Below are positions 28,387 to 37,620 of a stretch of 64,000 nt of DNA, in pieces. Position numbers and translations under genes: made by a program. Positions within the stretch are counted from its first letter, which is position 1. The number at the start of each line of letters is the position of its first letter. The DNA is taken from the NCBI GenBank assembly GCA_963715985.1, contig CAVQSP010000013.1, positions 576,001 through 640,000 of the forward strand, given 5' to 3'. This DNA comes from an uncultured Thermoleophilia bacterium (lineage in GTDB: Bacteria; Actinomycetota; Thermoleophilia; UBA2241). The notes below the pieces were generated by a model. It was given only the letters and a program-made list of their open reading frames with translations, was not told the DNA's origin and searched no databases.

Positions 28387-28755
28387 CTACGCCTGCGAAG
28401 GGCGGGCGGGCCGTGGCCGGCGTCGACGAGCGTCTTGCCTCCCGATCTGGAGCTCGACGGTCCGCTCCGGGAACGCGGCCCGGACCTCCAGTCGCCCGCC
28501 GAGCGCCTCGACATACCGCTGCAGCGTCGACAGCCTGACGTCCGCCTCGCCGCGCTCGATCTGTGAGACGTTCTCCTGCGTCACGTCGAGGCGCTCGGCG
28601 ATGGCCGCCTGTGTGAGGTCGAGCTCCCTGCGCAGTTCGGCGAGCATGGCTGGCTTGTGCTCGTCCACGCGCGCACGCCGACCGGGATCGGTATCGATGT
28701 GCGTGCGCAGCCCGTCGAAACTCCGGGACCGCTGCGGTGTTTCACGACTCGTCAT
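28387..28755 (-). CDS. XRE-family HTH antitoxin/regulator (HigA-like)
   Basis: LAELRRELDLTQAAIAERLDVTQENVSQIERG...LSTLQRYVEALGGRLEV. Confidence 0.85.
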   Translation of the reverse strand: MTSRETPQRSRSFDGLRTHIDTDPGRRARVDEHKPAMLAELRRELDLTQAAIAERLDVTQENVSQIERGEADVRLSTLQRYVEALGGRLEVRAAFPERTVELQIGRQDARRRRPRPARPSQA

Positions 28756-28900
28756 CGGTCAGCCCTTCATCGGCGATCGCGTCCATGTGCCGCTCATGAA
28801 GATGTTCGGCGAGCGGGACGGCCGTCTCGTACCAGGTGTTCCATCTGCCGCTCTTGTCGCCGCCGAGCAGCGGTATCGCGTGTTCGCCTGCGAGCGGATC
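28742..28900 (-). pseudogene. 3' remnant of a RelE/HigB (Gp49-like) toxin gene
   Basis: Manual translation DP...AIPLLGGDKSGRWNTWYETAVPLAEHLHERHM..., overlapping the HTH start; no N-terminal half visible. Confidence 0.65.
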
Positions 28901-29032
28901 CGTGATCCATCACGCCTCGAACCGGTCTGTGTACTCGACTCGCCACACCGGTCCGACATAAGCAGTATCTTCTGCGACTCAAGCCACGTCCACCCCGTCT
29001 GCGGCGGGCGAAACGGCGACGATCCCGGGGAG

Positions 29033-30040
29033 CTACCCCAGCCCCCACGCCTGCTCCAGACCGGTTGCGAACGCGACCGGCGGCCGCGGGTCCTCGCAGG
29101 GCAACCCCGTGAGCATGTTGCGGTCGCCGATGGCGGCGACGGCCGCGTCCACGTCGCCGCCGTCGAACAGCGCCGTCTGGATGGCCTCGAGGCAGCCGAG
29201 GGTCTGCGCGGCGGCCGCCTCGGCGATCTCCGCGAACGTCTCGGTCCGCTGCTCGCCGGGCACGGCCGGGTAGTACCACGTCCGCCGCCCGGCCAGAAGC
29301 CCGGCGGCGACCGGGTGCGGCTCGCGCGGGTAGATCTGCGTCCTGATGGTGCCCTCGGCGTCGGCGAAGGGCGTGGCGGCGACGCGGGCCAGTGCTCTCG
29401 AGAACGCGGACCGGGGGTCGCTCATCGCGCCGTACGCGAACACCATGTCGCGGAAGGCGCGGCGCCCCGCCGCCGCGGAGAACATCACGCCGTGCACGTC
29501 GCGCATGACCCGCTCCCAGAGACCCGTGACGACGGTGAGCTGAACCGGCGTCATGACGAGCAGCCTCTGCGCCCTGATCCAGCCCGTGTCGCGCGAGTGG
29601 CGGCGTGCCAAGGTCACGTCGAGGGAGCCCTCCAGCACCCCGTGCCGCCGCCGGGCCGCGGGCTCGACAGGCGCAGCGTTCCCGGTGATGTCCCCGGTCC
29701 AGTACTGGATCCAAGGGTGCGCGCTCGCGTCCAGGCAGAGGTGGGCCGCGTAGCCGCAGGTGAACGCGGTGATGACGCTCGCCTCGGCGGCCGTCGCAGA
29801 GGTCGCCGCCGTCAGCATGCTGTGGAAGACCTCACTCGTCTCGTGCTGGTGGACGAGTCCCGCGAGGTCGGCGCGGCTGCGCTGCCCCGGCCAGACGCCC
29901 GCGTAGAAGAAGAAGTCCGGACCTTGGGCGCCGACCTTGAAGGCGTCGTGCTCGGCGCCCAGGAGGCGCGCCAGCGGCCCTTCGGGCAGGCGCGCCCGCG
30001 CCGCCTCGGCAACCTCGTAGTGTGCCAGCATGTCGGGCAT
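29033..30040 (-). CDS. Zinc-dependent phospholipase C family protein
   Basis: MPDMLAHYEVA, GAQGPDFFFY, GYAAHLCLDASAHPWI, HGVLEGSLD. Confidence 0.82.
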   Translation of the reverse strand: MPDMLAHYEVAEAARARLPEGPLARLLGAEHDAFKVGAQGPDFFFYAGVWPGQRSRADLAGLVHQHETSEVFHSMLTAATSATAAEASVITAFTCGYAAHLCLDASAHPWIQYWTGDITGNAAPVEPAARRRHGVLEGSLDVTLARRHSRDTGWIRAQRLLVMTPVQLTVVTGLWERVMRDVHGVMFSAAAGRRAFRDMVFAYGAMSDPRSAFSRALARVAATPFADAEGTIRTQIYPREPHPVAAGLLAGRRTWYYPAVPGEQRTETFAEIAEAAAAQTLGCLEAIQTALFDGGDVDAAVAAIGDRNMLTGLPCEDPRPPVAFATGLEQAWGLG

Positions 30041-30113
30041 GGTCCGCGGCATCATACCTCCGCGGGCGCGACGCTCCGACCGGCCGGGAGCGCGCCGACG
30101 ACGCGCCTTCTCC

Positions 30114-30425
30114 TCAGGGGCCGATGGTGTAGGAGACGCGCTTGAGGACCTTGTAGGTCCGTCCGTCCCCTCGCAGCACGGTGTAGACGGACTTCGCGGC
30201 GCCCGCGTACCCGACGTGGAACGCGGCGGTCACCTTCGCTCCGCCGGACTTGCGCAGTGTGAACGTCACGCGGCTCGTCTGCCCGTTAGGGAGTGTGACC
30301 GCGCTGCTCAGCTCTTTCGCCCCGGCGGCGCGTCCCTTCACGCTGACGCTGCTCTTGGCCACGGCCGCAGGTGCGGCCAGCAGCAGCACCAACAGGACCA
30401 GGAAGAGGATCTTCCACATGCGCAT
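30114..30425 (-). CDS. Small secreted basic hypothetical protein
   Basis: MRMWKILFLVLLVLLLAAPAAVA signal peptide, beta-rich mature part, aagga RBS. Confidence 0.65.
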   Translation of the reverse strand: MRMWKILFLVLLVLLLAAPAAVAKSSVSVKGRAAGAKELSSAVTLPNGQTSRVTFTLRKSGGAKVTAAFHVGYAGAAKSVYTVLRGDGRTYKVLKRVSYTIGP

Positions 30426-30827
30426 GGCGGACATCCTTGTCGGCGAGCCGGCGTCGCCTTCCGGCCGCGGACCTCTCACGACCTCGATCGTACGTTCGCG
30501 GAGCTGATGAACCAGCGAATCGGCGTTGGCGCGGAGCGTGCGATCGCTGCTCTCGTAGGCCACCGACCGCGCAAGACCGCTACGCTCTCACGTCCGGCGG
30601 GGCAGCAGCGCATGTCAGGTGATCCAGGAATCGAGCCTCACGGGCGAGCGGATCGGACGAGACCGCCGGGCCTTCGGTTCCTGATCTGAGCATCAGGCTC
30701 CCTGACCGCGGGTTTGCCGCCGGGAACGATTTCAGGCGGCGTACACGTTCGTGGTATCATGCCGATTCGGCCCGCTCGCGGGTCGTTCGCGTCAGCCCGG
30801 GTTTGCTCCCAGAAGGGATCCGTTCAG

Positions 30828-31076
30828 ATGAAGAAGGATATCCATCCGCAGTACGAAGAGGCGACCGTGCACTGCTCGTGCGGCAACACGTTCACCACGC
30901 GCAGCACCAAGAAGGAGCTGCGCGTCGAGCTTTGCTCACAGTGCCACCCGTTCTACACCGGCAAGCAGAAGCTGGTGGACTCGGGCGGCCGCGTGGACCG
31001 CTTCAAGAAGCGCCTCGAGAAGAAGTCCGAGCCTGTCAAGGCAGAGCCCGCCAAGGCAGAAGCGGCCAAGGCCTGA
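30828..31076 (+). CDS. rpmE: 50S ribosomal protein L31 (zinc-binding type A)
   Basis: MKKDIHPQY...CSCGN...[27 protein letters not shown]. Confidence 0.98.
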   Translation: MKKDIHPQYEEATVHCSCGNTFTTRSTKKELRVELCSQCHPFYTGKQKLVDSGGRVDRFKKRLEKKSEPVKAEPAKAEAAKA

Positions 31077-31089
31077 GCGGAGCCGTGCC

Positions 31090-31854
31090 GTGAGCGCCGA
31101 GCTCCGCGTCTCGCTCCTCCAGCACACCCCCGACCCGGACCGCGCCGTCGCGGTGGCGGGTCGGCTGTGCTATGCGCCCGTCTCGGCCGCCGACCTCAAG
31201 CAGGGCATGAGCGACGAGGACGTGGCCAAGCTCGTGCGCGTCCTCGTGCGCAGCGGCCACCACTCGGCCCTGGAGCACGCCGCCTTCAGCTTCGCCGTGG
31301 ACGGCGTGTCGCGGGCCCTCACGCATCAGCTGGTGCGGCACCGCGTGGCCAGCTACAACCAGCAGTCGCAGCGGTACGTCACCTTCGGGGCGGGCGACAG
31401 TTTCATCGTCCCGCCCTCCGTGGCCGCCAACGCTGAGGCGGAGGCCGTCTTCCTCGAGGCCATGGAGCACGCGCGCGTGGCCTACGACAGGCTCGTCGAG
31501 CTGGGGCTGGCCGAGGGCCGCACGCGCGAGAGCGTGCAGGAGGACGCGCGCTTCGTGCTGCCCAACGCCGCCGAGACCAAGATCGTCGTCACCATGAACG
31601 CGCGCGAGCTGCGCCACTTCTTCCACGTGCGCTGCTGCAACCGCGCCCAGTGGGAGATCCGCGCGCTCTCCTGGGAGATGCGGCGCATGGTCAAGGACCT
31701 CGCGCCCAACCTCTTCGAGGGCAGCGGCCCCGGCTGTCTGTACGGCGACTGCCCCGAGGGCAAGATGACCTGCGGCAAGCCGTACAAGGCCGCCGACGTG
31801 GACGGGCCGGCGGCCGGGAGCGGCGCCGGCGCCTCAGGCGCCGCGCGCGGCTGA
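31090..31854 (+). CDS. thyX: FAD-dependent thymidylate synthase
   Basis: GHHSALEH, HQLVRHRVASYNQQSQRY, EDARFVLPNA, MNAREL, AQWEIR. Confidence 0.96.
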   Translation: MSAELRVSLLQHTPDPDRAVAVAGRLCYAPVSAADLKQGMSDEDVAKLVRVLVRSGHHSALEHAAFSFAVDGVSRALTHQLVRHRVASYNQQSQRYVTFGAGDSFIVPPSVAANAEAEAVFLEAMEHARVAYDRLVELGLAEGRTRESVQEDARFVLPNAAETKIVVTMNARELRHFFHVRCCNRAQWEIRALSWEMRRMVKDLAPNLFEGSGPGCLYGDCPEGKMTCGKPYKAADVDGPAAGSGAGASGAARG

Positions 31855-31885
31855 GTCGGGCCGCGCGGCTTCAGCACCCTCCTCC

Positions 31886-32854
31886 ATGACACGCCTTCTC
31901 CATACCGCGCTCGCGCTGGTCGCTCTGGCCGCCCTGTGGGCGCGCCGCGCCCAGGTCGGCGGCCAGGCCGTGATCGAGGGCGTCATGATGCGCGGCGTGG
32001 ACAACTGGTCCCTGGCCGTCCGCCGCCCGGACGAGACCATCGGCGTGCACGACTTCGCGCTCGTGAGCTGGATGAAGCGCTACCCCATCCTCAAGACGCC
32101 CGTCATCCGCGGGGTCGTGGCCCTCGTCGAGTCGCTGGTCATCGGCGTGAAGGCCCTCACGATGTCGGCCAACGAGTCCCTCGGCGTGGCCGAAGAGGAG
32201 TCGCCGGCGCTGGGCAAGAAGGAGATCGGCTTCACGCTGGTCATCGCCGTCGCCTTCGCCGTGGGCCTCTTCTTCCTCGCCCCGCTCTTCCTCACCGGCC
32301 TCTTCCGCCACTGGCTCGGCACCGGCTGGGGCTTCTGGGTCATCGAGGGCTGCGTGCGCGTGGGCATCTTCCTCGCCTACATCGCCGTCATCAGCCAGTT
32401 CAGGGACCTGCGCCGCGTGTTCGAGTACCACGGCGCCGAGCACATGAGCATCCACGCCCTGGAGCACGGCGAAGTGCTCATCCCGGAGAACGTGGAGAAG
32501 TACAAGACGCTGCACCTGCGTTGCGGCACCTCGTTCCTGCTCATCGTGATGGTGGTCTCCATCTTCGTGTTCGCGATCGTCAAGTGGCCGGCGTGGTACT
32601 ACCTGATCCTCAGCCGCATCGTCCTGGTGCCGCTCATCGCCGGCATCAGCTACGAGATCATCAAGTTCGCCGGCCGCCACGAGAACAGCGCCGTGGTGCG
32701 CGTCCTCATGGCGCCTGGTCTGGCCCTGCAGTGGATGACCACCAAGCCGCCGGACCGCGGCCAGGTGGAGGTCGCCATCGCGGCGCTGGACCGCATCATC
32801 GAGCTCGAGCCCCAGGACCGCCCCCCGGTCAAGGGCGTCGAGGTCATGGCCTGA
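31886..32854 (+). CDS. DUF1385 membrane protein
   Basis: VGGQAVIEGVMMR, RVFEYHGAEH, RCGTSFL, PGLALQWMTT; usual position before prfA. Confidence 0.92.
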   Translation: MTRLLHTALALVALAALWARRAQVGGQAVIEGVMMRGVDNWSLAVRRPDETIGVHDFALVSWMKRYPILKTPVIRGVVALVESLVIGVKALTMSANESLGVAEEESPALGKKEIGFTLVIAVAFAVGLFFLAPLFLTGLFRHWLGTGWGFWVIEGCVRVGIFLAYIAVISQFRDLRRVFEYHGAEHMSIHALEHGEVLIPENVEKYKTLHLRCGTSFLLIVMVVSIFVFAIVKWPAWYYLILSRIVLVPLIAGISYEIIKFAGRHENSAVVRVLMAPGLALQWMTTKPPDRGQVEVAIAALDRIIELEPQDRPPVKGVEVMA

Positions 32855-32863
32855 GGCCCCGCC

Positions 32864-33949
32864 GTGGCCGCCGTCGAGAACCTCATCGAAGAGATCGAGC
32901 GCACGTTCGCCGAGCTCAACGGGCTGCTCGCCGACCCCGACGTGCTCGGCGACCACACCCGCTACGCGGACGTCGCACGGCGGCACGCCGAGCTGCAGGC
33001 CGTGCACGCGCTCACGCAGCGCTACCGTGAGGCCGAGGCCACCGTGGCCGACGCCGAGGGGATGCTCGCCGACGAGTCCTCAGACGCCGAGATGCGCGCC
33101 TTCGCGCAGGACGAGCTCGGCGAGGGCCGCAGGCTGCTCGACGAGCTCAGCGAGGAGATCCGCGTGAGCATGCTCACGCGCGACCCCAACGACGGCAAGG
33201 ACGTGATCATCGAGATCCGCTCCGGCGCCGGCGGCAACGAGGCCTGCATCTTCGCCGGGGAGCTCTCCCGCATGTACCTGCGCTACGCCGAGAGCAAGGG
33301 CTTCGAGACGGAGATCCTCAGCTTCAACGAGAACGACGACGGCGGCTTCAAGGACATGACCATCGAGGTCCGCGGCCAGGGCGCCTACTCGCTGCTCAAG
33401 TACGAGGGCGGCGTGCACCGCGTACAGCGCGTCCCGGTCACCGAGGCGACGGGGCGCATCCACACCTCCACGGTCACCGTGGCGGTGCTGCCCGAGGCCG
33501 AGGACGTGGACGTCCAGGTCCATCCCAACGACCTGCGCATCGAGATCTTCCGCGCCCGCGGGCCGGGCGGCCAGAGCGTCAACACCACCGACTCGGCGGT
33601 GCGCATCACGCACCTGCCCACCGGCGTCAACGTCAGCTGCCAGGACGAGAAGAGCCAGCTGCAGAACAAGGACAAGGCCATGCGCATCCTGCGTGCCCGC
33701 CTCTTCGAGCTGGAGCAGGCCAAGCAGGACGCCGAGCGCGGCGCGGCACGGCGCAGCATGGTGGGCAGCGGCGACCGTTCGCAGAAGATCCGCACCTACA
33801 ACTTCCAGCAGAGCCGCGTCACCGACCACCGTGTCGGACTCACGAGCCACCGCATCGCCGAGGTGCTCGAGGGTGACCTCGACGAGTTCACCGAGGCGCT
33901 GGCGGCCGAGGACCGGCGTGAGCAACTCGCGGCCGCCGCGGGCGAGTGA
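32864..33949 (+). CDS. prfA: Peptide chain release factor 1
   Basis: [14 protein letters not shown] (PxT), [27 protein letters not shown]. Confidence 0.97.
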   Translation: MAAVENLIEEIERTFAELNGLLADPDVLGDHTRYADVARRHAELQAVHALTQRYREAEATVADAEGMLADESSDAEMRAFAQDELGEGRRLLDELSEEIRVSMLTRDPNDGKDVIIEIRSGAGGNEACIFAGELSRMYLRYAESKGFETEILSFNENDDGGFKDMTIEVRGQGAYSLLKYEGGVHRVQRVPVTEATGRIHTSTVTVAVLPEAEDVDVQVHPNDLRIEIFRARGPGGQSVNTTDSAVRITHLPTGVNVSCQDEKSQLQNKDKAMRILRARLFELEQAKQDAERGAARRSMVGSGDRSQKIRTYNFQQSRVTDHRVGLTSHRIAEVLEGDLDEFTEALAAEDRREQLAAAAGE

Positions 33950-34006
33950 CGGCAGAGCCAGTCGGGCGGTGCGCGGCACGACGGCTGGTGCACCCGAACG
34001 TCACCC

Positions 34007-34069
34007 TTGTCGTCGCGGGGGCCGGCGCGCATACTGTCAGCAGGCATAGAGACCAGTCGTAGACCAGTC
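34007..34069 (+). promoter_or_regulatory. Putative promoter and operator of the TA operon
   Basis: TTGTCG-17 bp-CATACT (34007-34035), then direct repeat agaccagtc at 34050 and 34061. Confidence 0.5.
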
Positions 34070-34091
34070 TGAATCGTCAACGAGGTGCGCG

Positions 34092-34332
34092 ATGGCGACT
34101 GTCGGTGCCTACGAAGCCAAGACCAAGCTGCCCGAGCTGCTCAAGCGCGTCGAGCTCGGGGAGCACATCACCATCGCCCGGCACGGCAGGCCCGATCGCG
34201 GTGCTCATCCCCATCGGCGAGTACCCGCGCAGCGACCCCGCGGCGGCCGGGGCCGCGCTCAAGGAGTTCGCGCGGGCGCACGCCGCGGCGACTTCGACAT
34301 CCGGGCGGCGATCGAGGAAGGGCAGGCACTGA
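34092..34332 (+). pseudogene. Phd/YefM-family antitoxin, frameshifted
   Basis: MATVGAYEAKTKLPELLKRVELGEHITIARHGRP / IAVLIP... / DIRAAIEEGRH*; at least two indels. Confidence 0.78.
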
Positions 34333-34751
34333 TGGGCGTGCTCGTCCTCGATTGTTCGGTGACGATGGCGTGGCTGTTCCGACGAAGAGTTCGACGTCCT
34401 TCTCGGAGCGGGTCCTCGACGAGGTCATTGCCGGACATGGCGGTCGCTGCCGTCGATCTGGCCGCTGGAGGTCGGCGAACGTGCTGCTGCTGGCTGAGCG
34501 GCGCGGGCGCATCTCGCAGGCCGACGGCTGCCGTTTTCTGGCGCTCCTCGCGGGGCTGAGGATCGATGTGAGCACCCGAACGAGCGGCAGCTGTTCGACG
34601 ACTTGATCCCCCTGGCGCGGGAGACCGGGCTCACCGTGTACGACGCCGGATACCTCGAGCTGGCCGCGACGCACTGGGCTGCCGCTTGCCACGCTGGACC
34701 GGGCGCTGGAGCGCGCCGCGCAATCAGGTCGGCGTGGCGCTGCTCGACTGA
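34332..34751 (+). pseudogene. vapC: VapC PIN-domain toxin, multiply frameshifted
   Basis: MGVLVLDCSVTMAWLF, WPLEV, ANVLLLAERRGRI, LARETGLTVYDAGYLELA, LPLATLDRAL spread over several frames; tgatg coupling to the antitoxin. Confidence 0.78.
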
Positions 34752-34774
34752 CAGGCGGCGGGAGGGGCGCTACG

Positions 34775-35716
34775 ATGGGCGAGCCGCCCATATCGGTGAG
34801 CGAGGCGTTGCGCAGCGCCGTCAGGCGGCTGCGCGAGAGCGGCTCACGCTCGCCCCGGCTGGACGCCGAGCTGCTGCTCGCCACGGCCCTCGGCGTCGAG
34901 CGGACAGACCTGCTGCGCGCCCCCGAGCGGGAGCTCACGTTCGTCGAGCTGCGCCGCTTCCAGGACTACATCGAGCGGCGCGCCGCCCACGAGCCCGTGG
35001 CCTACATCCGCCGCCGCCGCGCCTTCCGCACGCTCGAGCTCGAGGTCTCGCCCGCCGTGCTCATCCCGCGGCCCGAGACCGAGACGCTCGTGGACGTCGC
35101 CCTGGAGGCGCTCGCCGCCGTGCTGGTGAGGCCGGGGACGGGCGCCTACGAGCCGGTGGCCCTGGACGTCGGCACCGGCTCGGGCTGCGTGGCGCTCGCG
35201 CTCGCCGCGGAGAACCCGTTCGTGCGGGTGGTCGCCGTGGACGTCGACCCGGCCGCCGCTGAGGTGGCGCGCCGCAACGCGGCGCGCCTGGGCCTCGGCG
35301 CCCGCATCGACGTCGTCACCGGCGACCTGCTCGGCGGCCTCGGCGAGGAGCGGCGCTTCGACGTGATCGTGAGCAATCCGCCGTACGTGCCCGCGGCCGA
35401 GTACGAAGCCCTGGAGCCCAACGTGCGCGACTACGAGCCGCGCCTCGCCCTGTACGGCGGCGAGGACGGTCTGGACGTGTACCGCCGCCTCATCCCGGCC
35501 GCCGCACGGGCGCTGGAGCCTCACGGCGTCCTCGCCGTCGAGGTCGGGGCCGGCCAGGCCGACGCTGTGAGCGGGCTTCTGGCGGGGACCGGCGTCTTCG
35601 AGCCGGCCGCCCTGCGCGCGGACCTGGCCGGCACGCCGCGCGTGGTCTCAGCGCGCCGCGCCCCGGCGGCGGACCGGGCCAAAGCGCCGGAGGCTTCCGC
35701 GGACGACATGCAGTGA
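34775..35716 (+). CDS. prmC: Release factor glutamine methyltransferase
   Basis: PRLDAELLL, EPVAYI, VLIPRPETETLV, DVGTGSG, VSNPPY, EPRLALYGGEDGL. Confidence 0.96.
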   Translation: MGEPPISVSEALRSAVRRLRESGSRSPRLDAELLLATALGVERTDLLRAPERELTFVELRRFQDYIERRAAHEPVAYIRRRRAFRTLELEVSPAVLIPRPETETLVDVALEALAAVLVRPGTGAYEPVALDVGTGSGCVALALAAENPFVRVVAVDVDPAAAEVARRNAARLGLGARIDVVTGDLLGGLGEERRFDVIVSNPPYVPAAEYEALEPNVRDYEPRLALYGGEDGLDVYRRLIPAAARALEPHGVLAVEVGAGQADAVSGLLAGTGVFEPAALRADLAGTPRVVSARRAPAADRAKAPEASADDMQ

Positions 35717-36457
35717 GCGCCCGCAGCGAGAAGGCACGTGCCGTGGTGCTCAGCTCGCGCCCGCTCGGCGAGGCAGACCGCATCCTGCGCCTGTTCACGC
35801 GCGAGCTCGGGCGCGTGGACGCCGTGGTCAAGGGCGTGCGCAAGACGACGTCGCGCTGGGGCGGGCGCCTGGAGCCGTTCAACGTGTGCGACCTGCTGCT
35901 GCACCCCGGCCGCAGCCTGTACACGGTGACGCAGGCACACCTCGTGGACGTCTTCCTGCACCTGCGCGAGGACCGCGAAGCGCTGACGGCGGCGGCGGTC
36001 GTGTGCGAGGCCGCCGCCGGCCTCACGCCGGAGCACGAGCCGGAGGAGCGCATGTTCGCGCTCTTGCGCAACACGCTGAGCGAGCTCGACCGCGGCTTCC
36101 GGGGCCCTGCCGCGTCGGCGCCGCTGGTGCTGGGTGCGCTCCTCAAGCTGCTGTACGAGGCGGGCTACCAGCCTGTGCTGGAGCAGTGCGCGTCGTGTGG
36201 GGGCGGCGGACGGGCCCTGGGGTTCTCCGCGGCGCGCGGCGGCCTGGTGTGCGAAGCGCTGCCTCGGTGATTCCGTCCCGGTGACACCCGAGGCCGTGGC
36301 GGCGTTCAGTGACGGCCTCGACCGGCCGCTGGCCGAGCTGCGCCTGGCCGATCCGTCGCCGGGCGTGGCGGAGGCACTGCGCGACGCCCACGAGCTGTAC
36401 GCCTATCACACGGGGACACGGCTGCGCGCCCTGCGGTTCGCGCGCGCGTCGCTGTGA
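35713..36457 (+). CDS. recO: DNA repair protein RecO (frameshift ~36255)
   Basis: LGEADRILRLFTRELGRV..VVKGVRKTTSRWGGRLEPF; Zn-finger CASC...VC; C-terminus in frame 36134..36457. Confidence 0.93.
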
Positions 36458-36696
36458 TGCAGAGGGGACTGGACAGGAACGGCGTTCGCGTCGCCGTCGC
36501 GTCCGTGTCCGGACGTTCGCGTCGCCGTCGCGCCGTTCCTCACGGGCCCTCGTGTCCGGCGGGGGCCGTGCCACACACCGTACAGGTGTCGGGCCCCGGG
36601 GCGGATAGAACGTTCGTCGCAGCCCGGGGGCGGGTTGCTCCGTTGGTCGAGCGTGTGCGACTTTGTTAGGATTGGCGCTCCCGACGCGGAGGAGCA

Positions 36697-37620
36697 GTGA
36701 GTAACCACGGAAGCGGCGCGGACGCCCGCCGGGACATCCCCACGTTCCAGCAGGTCATCGGTCGTCTGCAGGCCTTTTGGGAAGATCAGGGCTGTGTGAT
36801 CCTGCAGCCGTACCACACCGAGGTCGGGGCGGGCACGTTCAATCCCGCCACCTTCCTGCGGTGTCTCGGCCCGCGTCCCTGGCGGGCCGCCTACGTGGAG
36901 CCGTCCACGCGGCCCACCGACGGGCGCTACGGAGAGAATCCGTACCGCCTGGGCCACTACTACCAGTACCAGGTGGTCATCAAGCCGTCGCCGGCGGACA
37001 TCCAGGACGTGTACCTGCAGTCGCTCGTGGCGCTCGGCATCGACCTGCGCGAGCACGACGTACGCTTCGTCGAGGACAACTGGGAAGGCCCCACGCTCGG
37101 CGCCTGGGGCCAGGGCTGGGAGGTCTGGGTGGACGGCATGGAGGCCACCCAGTTCACCTACTTCCAGCAGCTGGGTGGCCTCGATCTGGACCCCATCACG
37201 GTGGAGCTCACCTACGGCCTCGAGCGCCTGGCCATGTACCTGCAGGGCGTGGACGACGTCTACGACCTCGTGTGGTCGCGCTGGGACGAGGACGGCGCCG
37301 AGGTCGTGGTGACCTACGGCGACGTGTATCGGGAGAACGAGCGCGAGTTCAGCCGCTACAGCTTCGAGGTGGCCGACACGGAGATGCTGTACCGGCACTT
37401 CCGCGAGTTCGAGGCCGAGGCCGAGCGCTGCCTCGCCGAGCGCTTGCCCGTGCCGGCCTACGACCACGTGCTCAAGTGCAGCCACGCCTTCAACATGCTG
37501 GACGCGCGCGGCGTCATCAGCGTGACCGATCGCACCATGCACATCGCCCGTGTGCGCGACCTCGCGCGCAAGGTCGCGGGCCAGTATCTGGACGTCACCG
37601 GCCAGGGGGGTGGGACTTGA
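36697..37620 (+). CDS. glyQ: Glycine--tRNA ligase alpha subunit
   Basis: [63 protein letters not shown]. Confidence 0.97.
   Translation: MSNHGSGADARRDIPTFQQVIGRLQAFWEDQGCVILQPYHTEVGAGTFNPATFLRCLGPRPWRAAYVEPSTRPTDGRYGENPYRLGHYYQYQVVIKPSPADIQDVYLQSLVALGIDLREHDVRFVEDNWEGPTLGAWGQGWEVWVDGMEATQFTYFQQLGGLDLDPITVELTYGLERLAMYLQGVDDVYDLVWSRWDEDGAEVVVTYGDVYRENEREFSRYSFEVADTEMLYRHFREFEAEAERCLAERLPVPAYDHVLKCSHAFNMLDARGVISVTDRTMHIARVRDLARKVAGQYLDVTGQGGGT

Noticed and set aside
36458-36696. Glycine T-box leader
   Set aside because: No T-box GGTGGxACCGCG motif or specifier stem recognised.
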